A DNA stretch of 64,000 nucleotides from Nemertoderma westbladi (Eukaryota; Animalia; Xenacoelomorpha), in NCBI GenBank assembly GCA_032718475.1, contig JAUCBJ010007224.1, positions 1 to 64,000 of the forward strand. The letters are read 5' to 3'. Positions 12,603 through 25,000 of the stretch are shown piece after piece. Under the pieces are notes generated by a model. The model was not told where the DNA came from, made no database searches, and saw only the letters and a program-made list of their open reading frames with translations. Every line of letters begins with the position of its first letter. Within the stretch, counting starts at the first letter, position 1. Both the position numbers and the translations under genes were made by a program.

Positions 12603-13400
12603 ATGGTTATCATTGGTATCATTCTCATGGTTGCCAAGGTAGATAAAGCCATGAGCTTCGTCCGAGTCAGTCGCGGTACCAGGGATAGTGGTGGTGAGTT
12701 TTTGGGCCCTTCTTCGAAGACGAGTCGTCGGGAGCATGTGTACGATCGCGAAGTTGTGCTCAGTGATTTAGATAGTGAACAGTCATATATTACTTTTACT
12801 CGTGATCCGTCATCCTCAAGATCTCTATTCAAACACATAGAGATCACCCTCGGCTCAGTGGTACAAGTGGTGGAACCCCTGTTCCTCGGGGATTATTACC
12901 TCCACCACTCCTCTCTCTCCAATCCCATTGTGGTTAAACATAGCCCTCTCCTGCCAGTGACCTTCAACCCCCCAGTCTCTCCACTCCCTCCCACTGGACA
13001 TATCATTGAAAGAAGAGACGGCCTACTACCAATACCATCTGGTCAGAGAGAAACTCCTCGTACTATTGCCACAAGTGCTTAGTCCCACTTGTGCTGTGGC
13101 GGCAGTCTCTGCAACCGTCGGACGAGATCCATTGGATCTGGTTGTTGTAGTGTTGAGAAGGACAATGTTGAGGGTTGGTTTATGGCTGCCGTCATAAGAA
13201 CCCTGTCTCGGGACATTTTACCATTCGAGCAAGAACTTGCCTGCTCTTAAGTTGGCTTGTCTCCAGTATAACGGCAACGAAGAGAAGTTGAACGAGGAGT
13301 CTCTTCGGTTGAGATACCTCCCAAGGGACAATGTCCAGACCAAAGTTATTTCGGTTCAACCGCGATTTGTCATTGTCCCTTGGCACTAATCCCAAACAGT
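12603..13400 (+). pseudogene. uncharacterised protein fragment with a Cys cluster
   Basis: Protein-like ORF 12603-13082 (YDREVVLSDLD...LGSVVQVVEP) that continues past a stop into SHLCCGGSLCNRR..SGCC. Coding-like GC content against AT-rich flanks. Confidence 0.35.
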
Positions 13401-14063
13401 AAATTTATGTAACTTAACTCTGTTTACCTTTTTAATGCCGAAATTTTATTGTAATTTAAACTGGAGTAGCCATCTATTTTATTATTTTGTATTATTGATA
13501 GATAGGTCAAAAACTTTTTGGATTGCAATGTTTTAATGATAATATACAGTACTTATGATCTATAATTATACCTTGTAGTACACAACTTATATGAACTACT
13601 TTATATATGCAAAAATTATGCAGTACTTATATACAGTTGTTACGGTATATGGCGCTGTATCCACATTATTAGTCGTTATACTGTATCCACAGTATTAGTC
13701 CGTTATGCAGTATGCAATATTAGTCCGTTATACTGTACGTAATATTAGTCCGTTGTGCAATATAATTATTTAGATAAGGCGCAGTGTGGTGACATTTAGG
13801 TAAGGAAGTTAAAACGCCCATATATTTTGCATCCATTCATTTTGTATAGTATGTAGCCCTACCTACGTAATTTTGTATTAGGATATATGTAGATAGTTCC
13901 AGGGTAGCGAGTTTACTCGGACCCTGGATTTTGTGCTTGCTGATATTAGTTTGATAGGGCTAGCATATAGGGACGCTGTCCTGGCCATTCAGCAGCCAGA
14001 GACGTGATCCATTACCATATATGGTAATAATTTGAGGGCATAGGGCTACAATCCGGCCTCCTT

Positions 14064-14171
14064 ATTGGATTAACTGCTTCCAGGTTGGTCTAATGCTAGC
14101 ATGGACTGGAGAGCCAATAGGATAGCGATTGAGTCACCCTATTGCATCATCCCACCCGGATCACCTATAAA
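14064..14171 (+). promoter_or_regulatory. candidate LTR promoter 1 (CCAAT boxes plus TATA)
   Basis: ATTGG at 14064, CCAAT at 14114, TATAAA at 14166-14171. Confidence 0.55.
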
Positions 14172-14646
14172 TTGGCGGTGTGCCGGTAGAGCCTTACAAC
14201 TCAACCAACATCGATCTGTTCAACCTGTTACGTTACAATTTACTTGCTGAGCTGTCTCTAATTTGTATTAGGATATCGTACTTTCTGCAATTTGCTAATT
14301 TGATTAATTTCGTGAGATGATTTGCTAGTGCGATTACTTTGCTTGTGTTTCTCAATAATTCCTTCGATTACTGCAAATTACAATCGAACTATGATTTCTA
14401 CCTTTGATTGATGGTTCTATGTGATTCTTTTCTGCGCAATAATCCCAAGGGATTCCTGAGACTGTCAGACTTTGTGATTTGCATGCGCCGCTACGGTAGC
14501 TATTAGCGTAATGGAGGGCTAAGGCGCCAGCGGGCGGTGGGCACATCGGGGGGTTGGGCGACTAAGGGAGAGCGGAGGATTCAAAGCGAGCAACGCTGGC
14601 GTGGGGTCACCGTTGCGGTCGGGAAGTTAACGTTGTGGTACGCAGA

Positions 14647-14770
14647 CCAATCGCCGGTACAGTAGTTAGGGGGCTGATGATCCAGGTTTCGTCTCTATTT
14701 AGTATTAGGGGGGCGGGAATCAGGTTAGTTAGGAGTCCTATATGTACCCGGGAGAGGCCTGCACGTATCA
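14647..14770 (+). promoter_or_regulatory. candidate LTR promoter 2 (CCAAT, GC box, TATA-like)
   Basis: CCAAT at 14647, GGGGGCGGG at ~14708-14717, TATATGTA at 14739-14746. Confidence 0.4.
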
Positions 14771-17032
14771 AAACGTTTCGAGCGTTGAGCGTATAGTACG
14801 AATAGTGAGTCGCATAATTGTGGGCTATACAGTAGTTAACTGCATAATTGCGAACTGTGATTGCTGACGCTGATTGGTGTGTTACTGAAGTGTGCCTATG
14901 ATTGTGAATGTTTAGGTAGGCGCTCTTTTCTCTTTGATTGATTTCTATTTCTTAGTTACAATAATTAGTTACTGATTAGGTCAAAGTAATATGGCAATTT
15001 AGGCTATTACTAGCGAAACCTGTTGCGTGATAAATTAGAATTACGTATTCTGGAACTCTTAGTAATTAGTACGCTGTTAAATATTTGTGACTGTAATTGA
15101 TTAGCAAAATTAAGAATTAGTACGCAGCATAGCGGAGAGTAGCTAAAGTAATAATTAAAGTACTGTAAACTATTCACGCTAAGCGGTTATTTGTATTAGC
15201 GGGCAATCAGCTAGAACGCACTATTCGGCACGCACGAAACGCTAGTGATTTGCTGGCCTAAAGCCAGCTGCAGGCAATTTTAGACCCGGAGTGGTACTAT
15301 CCACGAGAGACAATTACTGTACCATTTTTGATATTTAAATATTCTCGCATTCACACATTACGTTAGAGAAACCCCAGTATTCGCGATTAGAAAGACGTAG
15401 GTAATAGCGTGCTTTAATAAGTGATAGAATTAGGCGTAAGAATACTCTGAGTGCAAGGCCTCTCGCACTCGTCTTAAGTAAGCTTAGGGAGCCGACTCGG
15501 GTTTATTGTTTTGGTTATTCCTGCGTGGCTCATAGATTCGAACAGTTAGCTCTCTATTGAGCAATCGGTAGAGAAAGGAACAAGCGATTTTGCAGGAGTT
15601 GTGTAAATTTAGTAAATATATTAGCGGACGGCAGATTAGCGCCATCTAACGGTAAGTAGCGGTTTTGTATTTAGCAACCCTTACAATTTAGTAATATCAC
15701 GCTCCTGAGCCCCTTTACTTAACAGTAGAGCAGTCTTTGTGTCTTATTGGTTAGACGAGAACTTATTAGGTTGGCAGAAGGATATTAACGGGTATTGGTC
15801 TGTTCAACAGTTCTGCTGTTAGTATAGAGGTCGCGGTTGTTTATCACTGATACGTGGTTTATTGGCTGTTGCTTGCAGCGGTCAATAGAGTATTCTTAGG
15901 CTGTTAGTAGTATCATAGTATTAGGCAATAAATTGGAGCACGTGATCGTCTGCTGTAGGCTATAGGCTAGCGTACAGTAAGACATTGAGTTTATTCTATT
16001 AGGTTGTTAGTTTAGATTACTGTATTCACTGGCTGCGTACGATAGTACAGTAGTACATTAGGCTGATTGCTGTTACTGCGTACGGTAGAAGGACATTTGT
16101 TTGCCGTACCACACACAGTATCATTAGGCTGTTAGGTTGGTGTACTGTTTTACTTACTGTACTGCATACAGTGAATGTACGGCAGTGCGTTTTTGCTAAT
16201 TGCGAATACAGCAGTCCTTAGGCCTTCGGGCAAACTGTAATTAGAAAGTTTTTTGAAAATTATTAGCTAGGTTTGCGAGAATTCAGTTTCGGTCAAAATT
16301 ATTTGTAAAATTCTAGAGTTTTGTACCGGTATGTTAGGTAACCGCTTAGTTATTTTATACCATCTGGAGATACATGGCAAGACGGAACTTCTGAGTTTGG
16401 GGTTCGTGTGGGTCTGCGGGTTCGGTTTGCAATCAGCGAAGGGCCTGAATCTTTGGACGCGGACGTGGAATCTCACAGCAAACAAGGTTGGTTGTTCTGT
16501 TGGCACCAGTGTGTTTGTGGAAGCAGTAAAAAATTATCGGTTGTTTAACTGCGAAGCTGAACTCAATTTATTAGTTAGGATATTTAGGTTTAGCCGGCCA
16601 TGGTTTTTTGAATCGCTCAAGTTAGAGAGAGAGTTAGAGAGAGTCGCAACCCGAAGATGTAGCCACGCGCTAGTGGATACATATAATATTTGAAACTAAA
16701 ATTACGTTGATTAGAGCTATACATATAAAATTAGAAATATTCGGGCGGCAAGTTTATTTGAATATTTTGTATTAGATTCAGAGTTATTTTGTGCTATACC
16801 GGTATTTAATACTATATAGTAGCTATATAATAATATTTTTGTTTAAATATTGTGCTAGTATTTGCTATAACTATACCCCATTAAATTCACAATATTGCAT
16901 TGCGAATTTATTTGACATTTGGACCAACTGATTATTTGACAAATAATTTGACCGTATTTTCGGTTAAATTATAATTATATCTCGAACTTTTGCGAGATAT
17001 ATTTTTGCCGGAAGGCAAACATTATTTAGACT

Positions 17033-17860
17033 ATGAGTGTCTCAGACAAGGAGGCACTAGAGGACAGCTATGAGACGGCGGCTGGACCGCCGACTGACGA
17101 TAGCGTAAATGTTACTGTTGATGACAATGCCGACTATGACGACGCAGCGAGTGACGCTGACGTAAGTGAACAGGAGGACGAGACAGTGACTAGTGAGGAA
17201 GAACAACAACCTCAAGTAATAGTATTAGGATCCCCTACCGCTACTGTAAGGAAGGATTGTACAGCAACCCGGACAGAGGTGAGTGATAGGGAGGGTAGTG
17301 TAGCAGAAGCGAGAGCCCGGAGCCCGGTTACCAGACCTGTGGGTATGGTAAGTGCCGTGGTCCCGACGGCTGTAAGGAGTACCCGTAGTTCCCGAAATAA
17401 TCCTTCAAGTCCACCGAGTGTGAGTCAGGTAAGCGAGAGAGAACTTGACATTGCGATAAAGAAGAAACTTCGCGCGCACGCCGGACATATAACTCGGACG
17501 GCGGACAAGGTAAGGAAGATGTTGGCCGATTCAGCGAACATCGACAGGGAAGGGTTAGTAGAGATTAGAAGAGGATATAACTCAGCGTTATTCAAGCAGA
17601 CGGAGGAGCTTGCAGTCCTAGCGAAGAAGGCAGTAGAGTCTCAGTCGAGCGACGTGGCGACGAGGATTTACGACAGGGTTTTAGCAGCCTTGTTGGAGCA
17701 CCGCGAGTTATCAGAGCGACTTCGACGAGTTAGGACGGAGAACTGGCTGCTATGGGCATCACAAGCGCAGGCGACTCAGGTGAGTGACGCAGAGCTGAGA
17801 GACTTAGTGGAGCGTGAAGAGACGCAGGATAAAGAGGAGCGCCGGTACCTAAAGAGGTGA
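17033..17860 (+). CDS. upstream ORF of the BEL element (275 aa; acidic/disordered N-terminus, helical Gag-N-like C-terminus)
   Basis: ATG start; purine-rich coding composition like gag-pol; KLRAHAGHITRTADKVRKML resembles the helical start of BEL Gag. Confidence 0.7.
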   Translation: MSVSDKEALEDSYETAAGPPTDDSVNVTVDDNADYDDAASDADVSEQEDETVTSEEEQQPQVIVLGSPTATVRKDCTATRTEVSDREGSVAEARARSPVTRPVGMVSAVVPTAVRSTRSSRNNPSSPPSVSQVSERELDIAIKKKLRAHAGHITRTADKVRKMLADSANIDREGLVEIRRGYNSALFKQTEELAVLAKKAVESQSSDVATRIYDRVLAALLEHRELSERLRRVRTENWLLWASQAQATQVSDAELRDLVEREETQDKEERRYLKR

Positions 17861-19002
17861 GGTCTCTATAGGGGTGCCGGCAGCAGGCGGCGGCGGACTC
17901 GTGAGGGTCTGGGGGCACGTTAAATCCTCTTCTAAGTGCAAGGGAGATACTGAAGGCCCTCGTGTCTAGCGAACCATGAATTGCCATGGTGCCGTGGTTC
18001 CGTCTAGTCGGCCTGTTGCCGTACTGCCAGTCCTGTACACAGTAGGGGTGGTGGCATGGCGTGATTTGTGGTTCATGTGGTATGAACTGTGATTTGTATG
18101 TGGGCGACCAGTGGCAGTTAGCTTTGGGGCTTGGATGTGTGCCATTGACCGTCAGCTGTTCCGTTTTTTTGATACTATATGTTATTGTCTCCATGTTCAG
18201 CTGATTGGTCTTTGGGGTGTGTTTGGGTCTGAGATGAGCTTTGTCACTGTGGGTGCGTGAGTACATGTGATTGTTTGTATGGCCACTGTGAGTGAGTATG
18301 GGAACCCTTGCCAGTTGGCCCAGACACCGCTGGTATTAGTAGGACCATACTTTACTGCGCCCCAGCATGCTTTGTGCACACAAGTTATTTTACCCTGTCG
18401 GTAAAATAAAGTACTCTCGACTTTCTCATTCTCTCTCAAGTCGATACAACTAGTCCCTCCCGATTTTGACACCGATTTTGTCTTTCCCGATTATGTCTTC
18501 TGTGTGTGCATGGTATGTGTCAGATTTTGTGTTTACCGTAGTGTACTTGATATTGTGAACATCTGTTGAGTACACGTGTACAGGACAGGTAAGTGGTTAC
18601 TTGTTCCTAGCTTTCGAGCTAGTCAGTATTGTTTGCGGAACTTACTTCCCCTCAATACTGCCGGCGAGGCGGGTGAAAACGAGTCAAAATTCCATGTTGG
18701 GTAGCGCAAGCCCACATGGGACAAGACCGTCGGTTAGGCCCAAGGGTGACCTTGGTGCTCGATCGCTATCGACTGGTCCACCCGCCGGTTGACTCTTTGT
18801 TATACTTTGAGTTGGCTCAATGTACAGTCAGGCCACAGTAAGTTGACAGTAGCCGCCCATCTGGCTACAAGTTCGACGAGCTGTGCCGGTGTGATCGGGG
18901 GACCGAAAACAGAACCCGGGAAGCATCGGGCCACCCTCCGGCCCGGTCTGATAATAACATCAGTCAGACTGGCCCCAGGGGTGGTGGGACAGTGTCCGCC
19001 TC

Positions 19003-22000
19003 ATGGGTGCGCCTCCGGCCCGAGGAGCCCAGAAGGACACAAGCGATCAAAGGGAAGTTACTAGCTGGCTGATGCAGAATGGAGTGGTGGTACCAGGCCA
19101 GGTGCTACCGACGACGGAGAACATTCAACAGAGGACGTTGACTCCACCCGACGACGCATCCAGAGACAGTGGCGATTCCCAGGTTAGTCACGCGCGAGGG
19201 AAGGTTATATGTGCTAGATCCCTTGTTTCTCACAACTCGGCGGAGGAGAGAAGACGCCGACTGGACGAACAACAGGCGGAAGTTTTGCGTGCATCGGAAG
19301 CACGGAAGGAAGCCGAGCGGGAACGGGAGCGCACACGTAAGTTAGACGCAAAGTTGCGAGAGTTGGAAGAGAAAGGTAAGCGCGAGCAAGCGGAACGCGA
19401 ACGCAAGGAACGCGAACTCCAGCTCGAACGCGAACAGAAGGAACGCGAACAAAAGGAATACGAACTTCAACTCGAACACGAGCGCAAAGAACGCGAACTC
19501 GAGATCGAGAAGGAGCGATGGGCGTTGTATGAAGAGAAGGCGCGGGTGGAAGAAGAGAGCGCAGCGAGACGAGCGAGGGAAGAAGAAGAACGTAAACTGG
19601 CGCAGTTGGAAAGTGCGAGATTAAGTTTAGAGAGCGAAGAACGGACTAGGAAGGCGAATGAAATCGCCGAGAAGGGGATGCGAATGATCGAAGAATGTGG
19701 GGCGAGTGTAGGGACAGAGTTGCGAGAACTGTTCGCACTGCAGAAGGCCGAACAGGAAGCGAGAACTCCGACCATACGCGAGTCAACGACGACCAGAATT
19801 CCTATACCCGGTCCAGCTATTACGAGTACACGGATCGTTAAACCGTTCTCTACATATCGCACGCCAGTTGGTATTAGTGCTTCACCCATCGCTCAGGATC
19901 TACGTCATCGGAACGCCGCACCACTGTATACCGAACGAGACAACGGAGAATTTAGAGAAGAAACTCCGACGGGCCGAGTATTTGGCGAACCGAACCCGCG
20001 GTTTTGGAATGCGCGGACGGAGCGCCGACCCAGTTCGACGGAGAACTTCCGGGTTAAACCGGAAGAGGGATCATATGAGAGACAGCGGATTACTCAGATA
20101 GAGCCGACTATACAACAGAACCCTAGCCAGGAATTTATTACGAGGGATGAGTTGAGTGCTAGTTTAGCGCAAGCTATATCGCCGCACATCCAACCTATAA
20201 CGGATATGCTTAGTAACCTACGGTTAAAGGAAGCAGCCCAGGTAAGAAGTAATTCTAATCCTAGCAGGCCTGAGTTAGATAAAGTCCAGCCTAGTCAACG
20301 AGTACGCATATCGGAGGAGACTATACCACATAGACCTCAGGTAAGGACGCCTGTCCCGAATATTCATAATCCTAATTTCGAAAACTCAGCCGAGAAATTT
20401 ATTCAGGAGGCTTGGGTCAGGGCTTCGGCGCGCAAACCATCGCGAGCGCTAAGGACTGACACCGAGTCAAGTGATGAAGAGGAAGACATGAGACGTCAGA
20501 AGTCCCGAAACTATAAGGAAAGAAGGACCGACGCGGAGCAGGTAAGTTGGAACCACCGGGAAAGGACCAGACTTAACAACCCTGCGGAACTAAACCATTT
20601 GTTAACCCGGAACGACGCAACCCTTAGGGACATAGGTAAGTTTGCTGCTAGGCAAGGACTGCCGACGCAACAACCCCAGAAGTTTATGGGTAACCATAAG
20701 CATTGGAGGACCTTTAGAACCTATGTCGACGAGCAGCTAACCAACAGCACCTTTACTCCCAACGAGAAGTTCAACTATTTGCTTCAGATGCTCCATCGAG
20801 AACCTAGAGCCATTGCTGACAACTTCGTCGGCAATGAAAGAGCATTCGAGTTAGCGATGAAGACGCTTAGCGACATCTACGGGAATAAAACCAAGATGGC
20901 GCAGTCGATAGTAGAAGACTTGGGTAAGGGCGGAAGGATTACAACTCCGTTAGAGCTGTTGAACTTAGCGAACGCTATTTCGAACGCATTGGACATCTTG
21001 AGGACGGTGAATCTACCTCATCATGGTGATCACGCCGAAGTTTTGAAGAGTGTAATAAGACGTCTAAACATGCGTTATCGACAGAAATGGCGCAAATTAG
21101 AGAATAAGTTGGAGGGTCAAGGTAAAGTATTGACACTTCAGCATATTCATGACATGATAGCCACAGACGCAGTAGCAGAGATGAAATCAAACTTCTCAGA
21201 AGAGAATATGAGAGAGTCTAAACCTGTTACCGGTAAGTCTATGGTAAGTTTTGACGATGACAGGACCACTGTGACTTATAACTCAGTAGACAGATATAAT
21301 TCGAGTACCCCAGCCTTTAGATCAGACTCGCGAGTATGGTCAGGTGAGCGGTTAGATAGACCTAGGTTAAAGCAACAGGAGTTGCCGGATGGATTTGTAG
21401 GTTGCCAATACTGTTTACTAAAGGAGGTAAGATCCGACGACCATAAGTTGGATAGTTGCAGACGGTTCAAAGAATTAAATTCGGAACAGAGAAGAGTTCA
21501 AGTGCGGACGTTGGACACCTGTTGGGCTTGTCTTGCGCCAGGACATGTACGGCGGCAGTGCCCGAACAGCAAGGACGGATGCATGGAATGCGGCAGACTA
21601 CATCACAAGTTGCTACATGCGGATTTCCATACCCCAACGGACCGTTACTTACAGCGAAATCCTCACAGGAAGGGGAGCAAAGAACCCGTATCGATAAGGA
21701 GGAATACGTACACTGGCATCCAGGACGATGGTTACCAACCAGGTTCGTCGGACGAAGATGGCGAGTCGAGCGCGAGAGAAGTGACCTGCCAAGGTTTCAC
21801 CGCGGATAGTTCATCGACCAGCGCGCGGACGTATTTATCATCGGCAACGTCGGAAATATTTAGCGTGATTCCGGTGAAACTCACTGGCGATAAGGGATCG
21901 AAGCGAATATATGTGATGTTGGACACTGCGTCCACATTATCTTATATCGACGAAGAAGTGGCGAGAGCCGTTTCTAGCTTCCAGGACGCCGAGGAGATCC

Positions 22001-25000
22001 AAATAGAGTTGAAGTCTATGCATGGGGTAGGAGACCTCAAGGGACACAGAATTTCGGTAGAACTAGATTCCCTACTTCCGAGAGACCAGCACACTCGACA
22101 AGAACGGAAAGCTTTGCCATTGGACGGATTTAAGTGTCTAGCTATGAAGGGATTCGGCAGGCAGTTAGGTAAGGTGCCGCCGATGAGTCCCATAGCACAG
22201 GAGTATTTTGACAAGCTCAGGATACCCAGACACCAGGTAGGTTATAGGAATGTTTCTATGTTGATTGGTGCAGAACAGCTGATCGCACACCAAATATGGG
22301 AAACGAGACCAGCTGAGCCGCATGTCAATGGACCACATGCCCATAGGACCATACTAGGTTGGTATACACGAGTACCCATGTCTTATAAGTTTACAGGTGG
22401 CGACAAGCCAATGAACAGATACGATGAATTACAGCCTATAACTCAACCACCGTTAGTAAAACCACCAGACATAGACGAGTTTAGGAGAACCTGTATTGAC
22501 CACTATAGTGACTTTAGCGAGTCGGACGAGGAGTTGATTCCCGATAATGTTAGGTTGTCGGAACCACTTCATAATGACCGGACAGATAGTGAACCCGAGG
22601 ACTACTGTTATCAGACCCGTGGGTCTGGTTCAGCGGCCCACGCTACTTATCTAACTAACGTTTTGACTTATACAGACATAGTGGAGGGTCAAGTGGCTAA
22701 ATATCGAGACCTAGACATTTTCCAATACAGTGAGGAGGAATTACAGAAGGAATTGATACGCCAGGACCTCGAGACAGGAGCCAGAACTGTCGAATGGCTG
22801 GATAGGGACGCAATGGAACCCGGTGGATATGACCTAGCCATGTCTACTGATGAGAAAAGGTCGCTGGAGATGATGGAAGACACCATACGTCTGCTACCGA
22901 CTGGACATTTTGAAGTTGGAATGTTGTGGCGTCGACAACCACCTAAGTTGGAGAACAACTACAGCTTAGCCTTGAAAAGATTAAACGGAGTAAGGGCTCG
23001 GTTGTTGAAGAATCCGGACATTAGGGAGAAGTATTGCGCCCAGATCAACAACTATTTCGCCAAGGGATTTGCTGGGAAGGTAGAGGACCCTGACTTAGTG
23101 ACAGACCAGACTTATTACCTTCCACACCACTATGTGACTCACCCTGACAAACCTGACAAAGTCCGAGTAGTCAACGACTGCGCAGCAGTCTATAGAGGTA
23201 TGTCCCTGAATTCAGAGTTGATGGATGGTCCCAACCTGAACAACTATTTGATTGGAATACTGTTGCGTTTTAGACAGCGGCGATTCGCATTTACTTGTGA
23301 CATCGAGGCGATGTTCCACCAGGTAAGAGCCTGTAAGGCAGACCAGGATAGCCTTCGATTTCTCTGGTACGAGAATGAAGACTTATCCGGCCCAGTGGTT
23401 ACATACCAGATGTACGTTAGGATATTTGGCGCCCGCGATAGTCCGAATGGCACGCTGTTCGTTTTAAAGAAAACGGCAACAGCCCAGATTGGTAAGTATC
23501 CAGTAGAAGTAATCGAGTCCATCTTGAGAAACTTCTATATGGACGACGGATTGGTGTCCAAGGACACGGCGGAAAAAGCCATAGAAGTGGCTCACGGCCT
23601 GCAAGAGTGCTTGGCTACAGGGGGTTTCCCTCTAACCAAGTTCACTACGAACTCGGAGGCCCTATTAGAATCGTTCCCGGTAAAGGATCGCGGGAGCGGA
23701 GACATAGAATTGGGGGTAGAACCAATCCCCATGGCGCGAGTACTGGGACTCGCTTGGAACCCGAACTCAGATAAGTTCCAGGTAAGAGTTAGATTTGAGC
23801 CCAGTAGCCCAGACAAAGTTTTGACAAAGAGGATTTGCTTATCGACATTAAGTAGACTATTTGACCCGATGAACTTTATCAGTCCGGTTATATTACAGGC
23901 ACGAGCGTGCATGAGGAAAATTTGGTTGTCCGACGTAGAGTGGGACGAACCAATATCTCCTATACATGCAAGGCAGTGGAGAGAGTGGGAAGCCGAGTTG
24001 CATCTATTGAAAAATATAGATGTACCCCGTTCCTACTTTCCGAATCAGCTGGTATTTCCAGCTGATCTCGAACTCCACTTATTTAGTGACGCAAGTGACA
24101 CCGGCTTTGGTATGGTAGCCTACCTTCGCCGAGAGGTAAGTCAGGACAAGTTTGAGACGGCCTTTGTAACTTCTAGATCAAAGACAATGCCGGTCAAATA
24201 CATGACTGTCCCTCGTGCAGAGTTACAGGCGGCTGTAGTTTCGGTCGAGGTAAGTAAGCAAATATCTGAGGAATTAGACACGACATTGACCTTATTTTAT
24301 TGGACGGACGCATCCTTGGTGTTAGTATACATTGCGGCCGACAATATTGCACTAAAGACATTTGTGGCCAACAGACGCGCTCAGATCGTCGATTTTTCGA
24401 CGAAGGAACAATGGAGACATTGTCCGGGAGTGTTGAACCCGGCCGACATAACTTCGAGAGGTGCAATGCCGGCGGAATTTTGTCAGGAAGAGTCGCAGGA
24501 GTTTTGGTTGCATGGACCTGATTTTCTAACGAGGACACAGGAACATTGGCCAGAGCGACTAAAGATAGTGACCAATCCGATGCCTGAAGATGCAGAAGTC
24601 AAAGTGGAGAAAGTCTCTAAGTCGAAGTCTAAAGCCAAACTTAAGTCATTGGAGCGGCCTGAAAAGTCATTGGAGCGGCCTGAAGAGTCATTGGAGCGGC
24701 CCGGAGACCTGTCAGACCAACAGACTTACGTGACTACTAGGTCAGGAAGGGTAAGTTACGACGTAAAACCACCCTTACAGACTAAACCGGAGTCACAGTT
24801 GGTAAGTGACGGACAGAAAATGACCGACACAATGGATCCTTTGGTTTCCAAACCTGCGGGTTTGGATTCGAAACTTCCATTAGTTAGCGGACAACCGTCG
24901 CTGGCATTAGAGTCACGCAGTGTTTATGACAAATTACTAAATTCGTCTGCCTCTTGGCTGACAATTTGTAAAAGAACTGCGTGGTTAAGCCGATACGTTT

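Larger units (their letters stand above)
13638..15846 (+). repeat. 5' LTR (2209 bp)
   Basis: TG...CA ends; matches 31469-33677 at constant offset 17831, with one mismatch seen (T14123/G31954). Contains ~25-bp tandem repeats (TATTAGTCCGTTAT) at ~13655-13760 and a hairpin at 13898-13928. Confidence 0.97.

Noticed and set aside
14352-14546. Duplicated 64-aa ORF (also at 32183-32377)
   Set aside because: Duplicated only because it lies in the LTR; no recognisable motifs.
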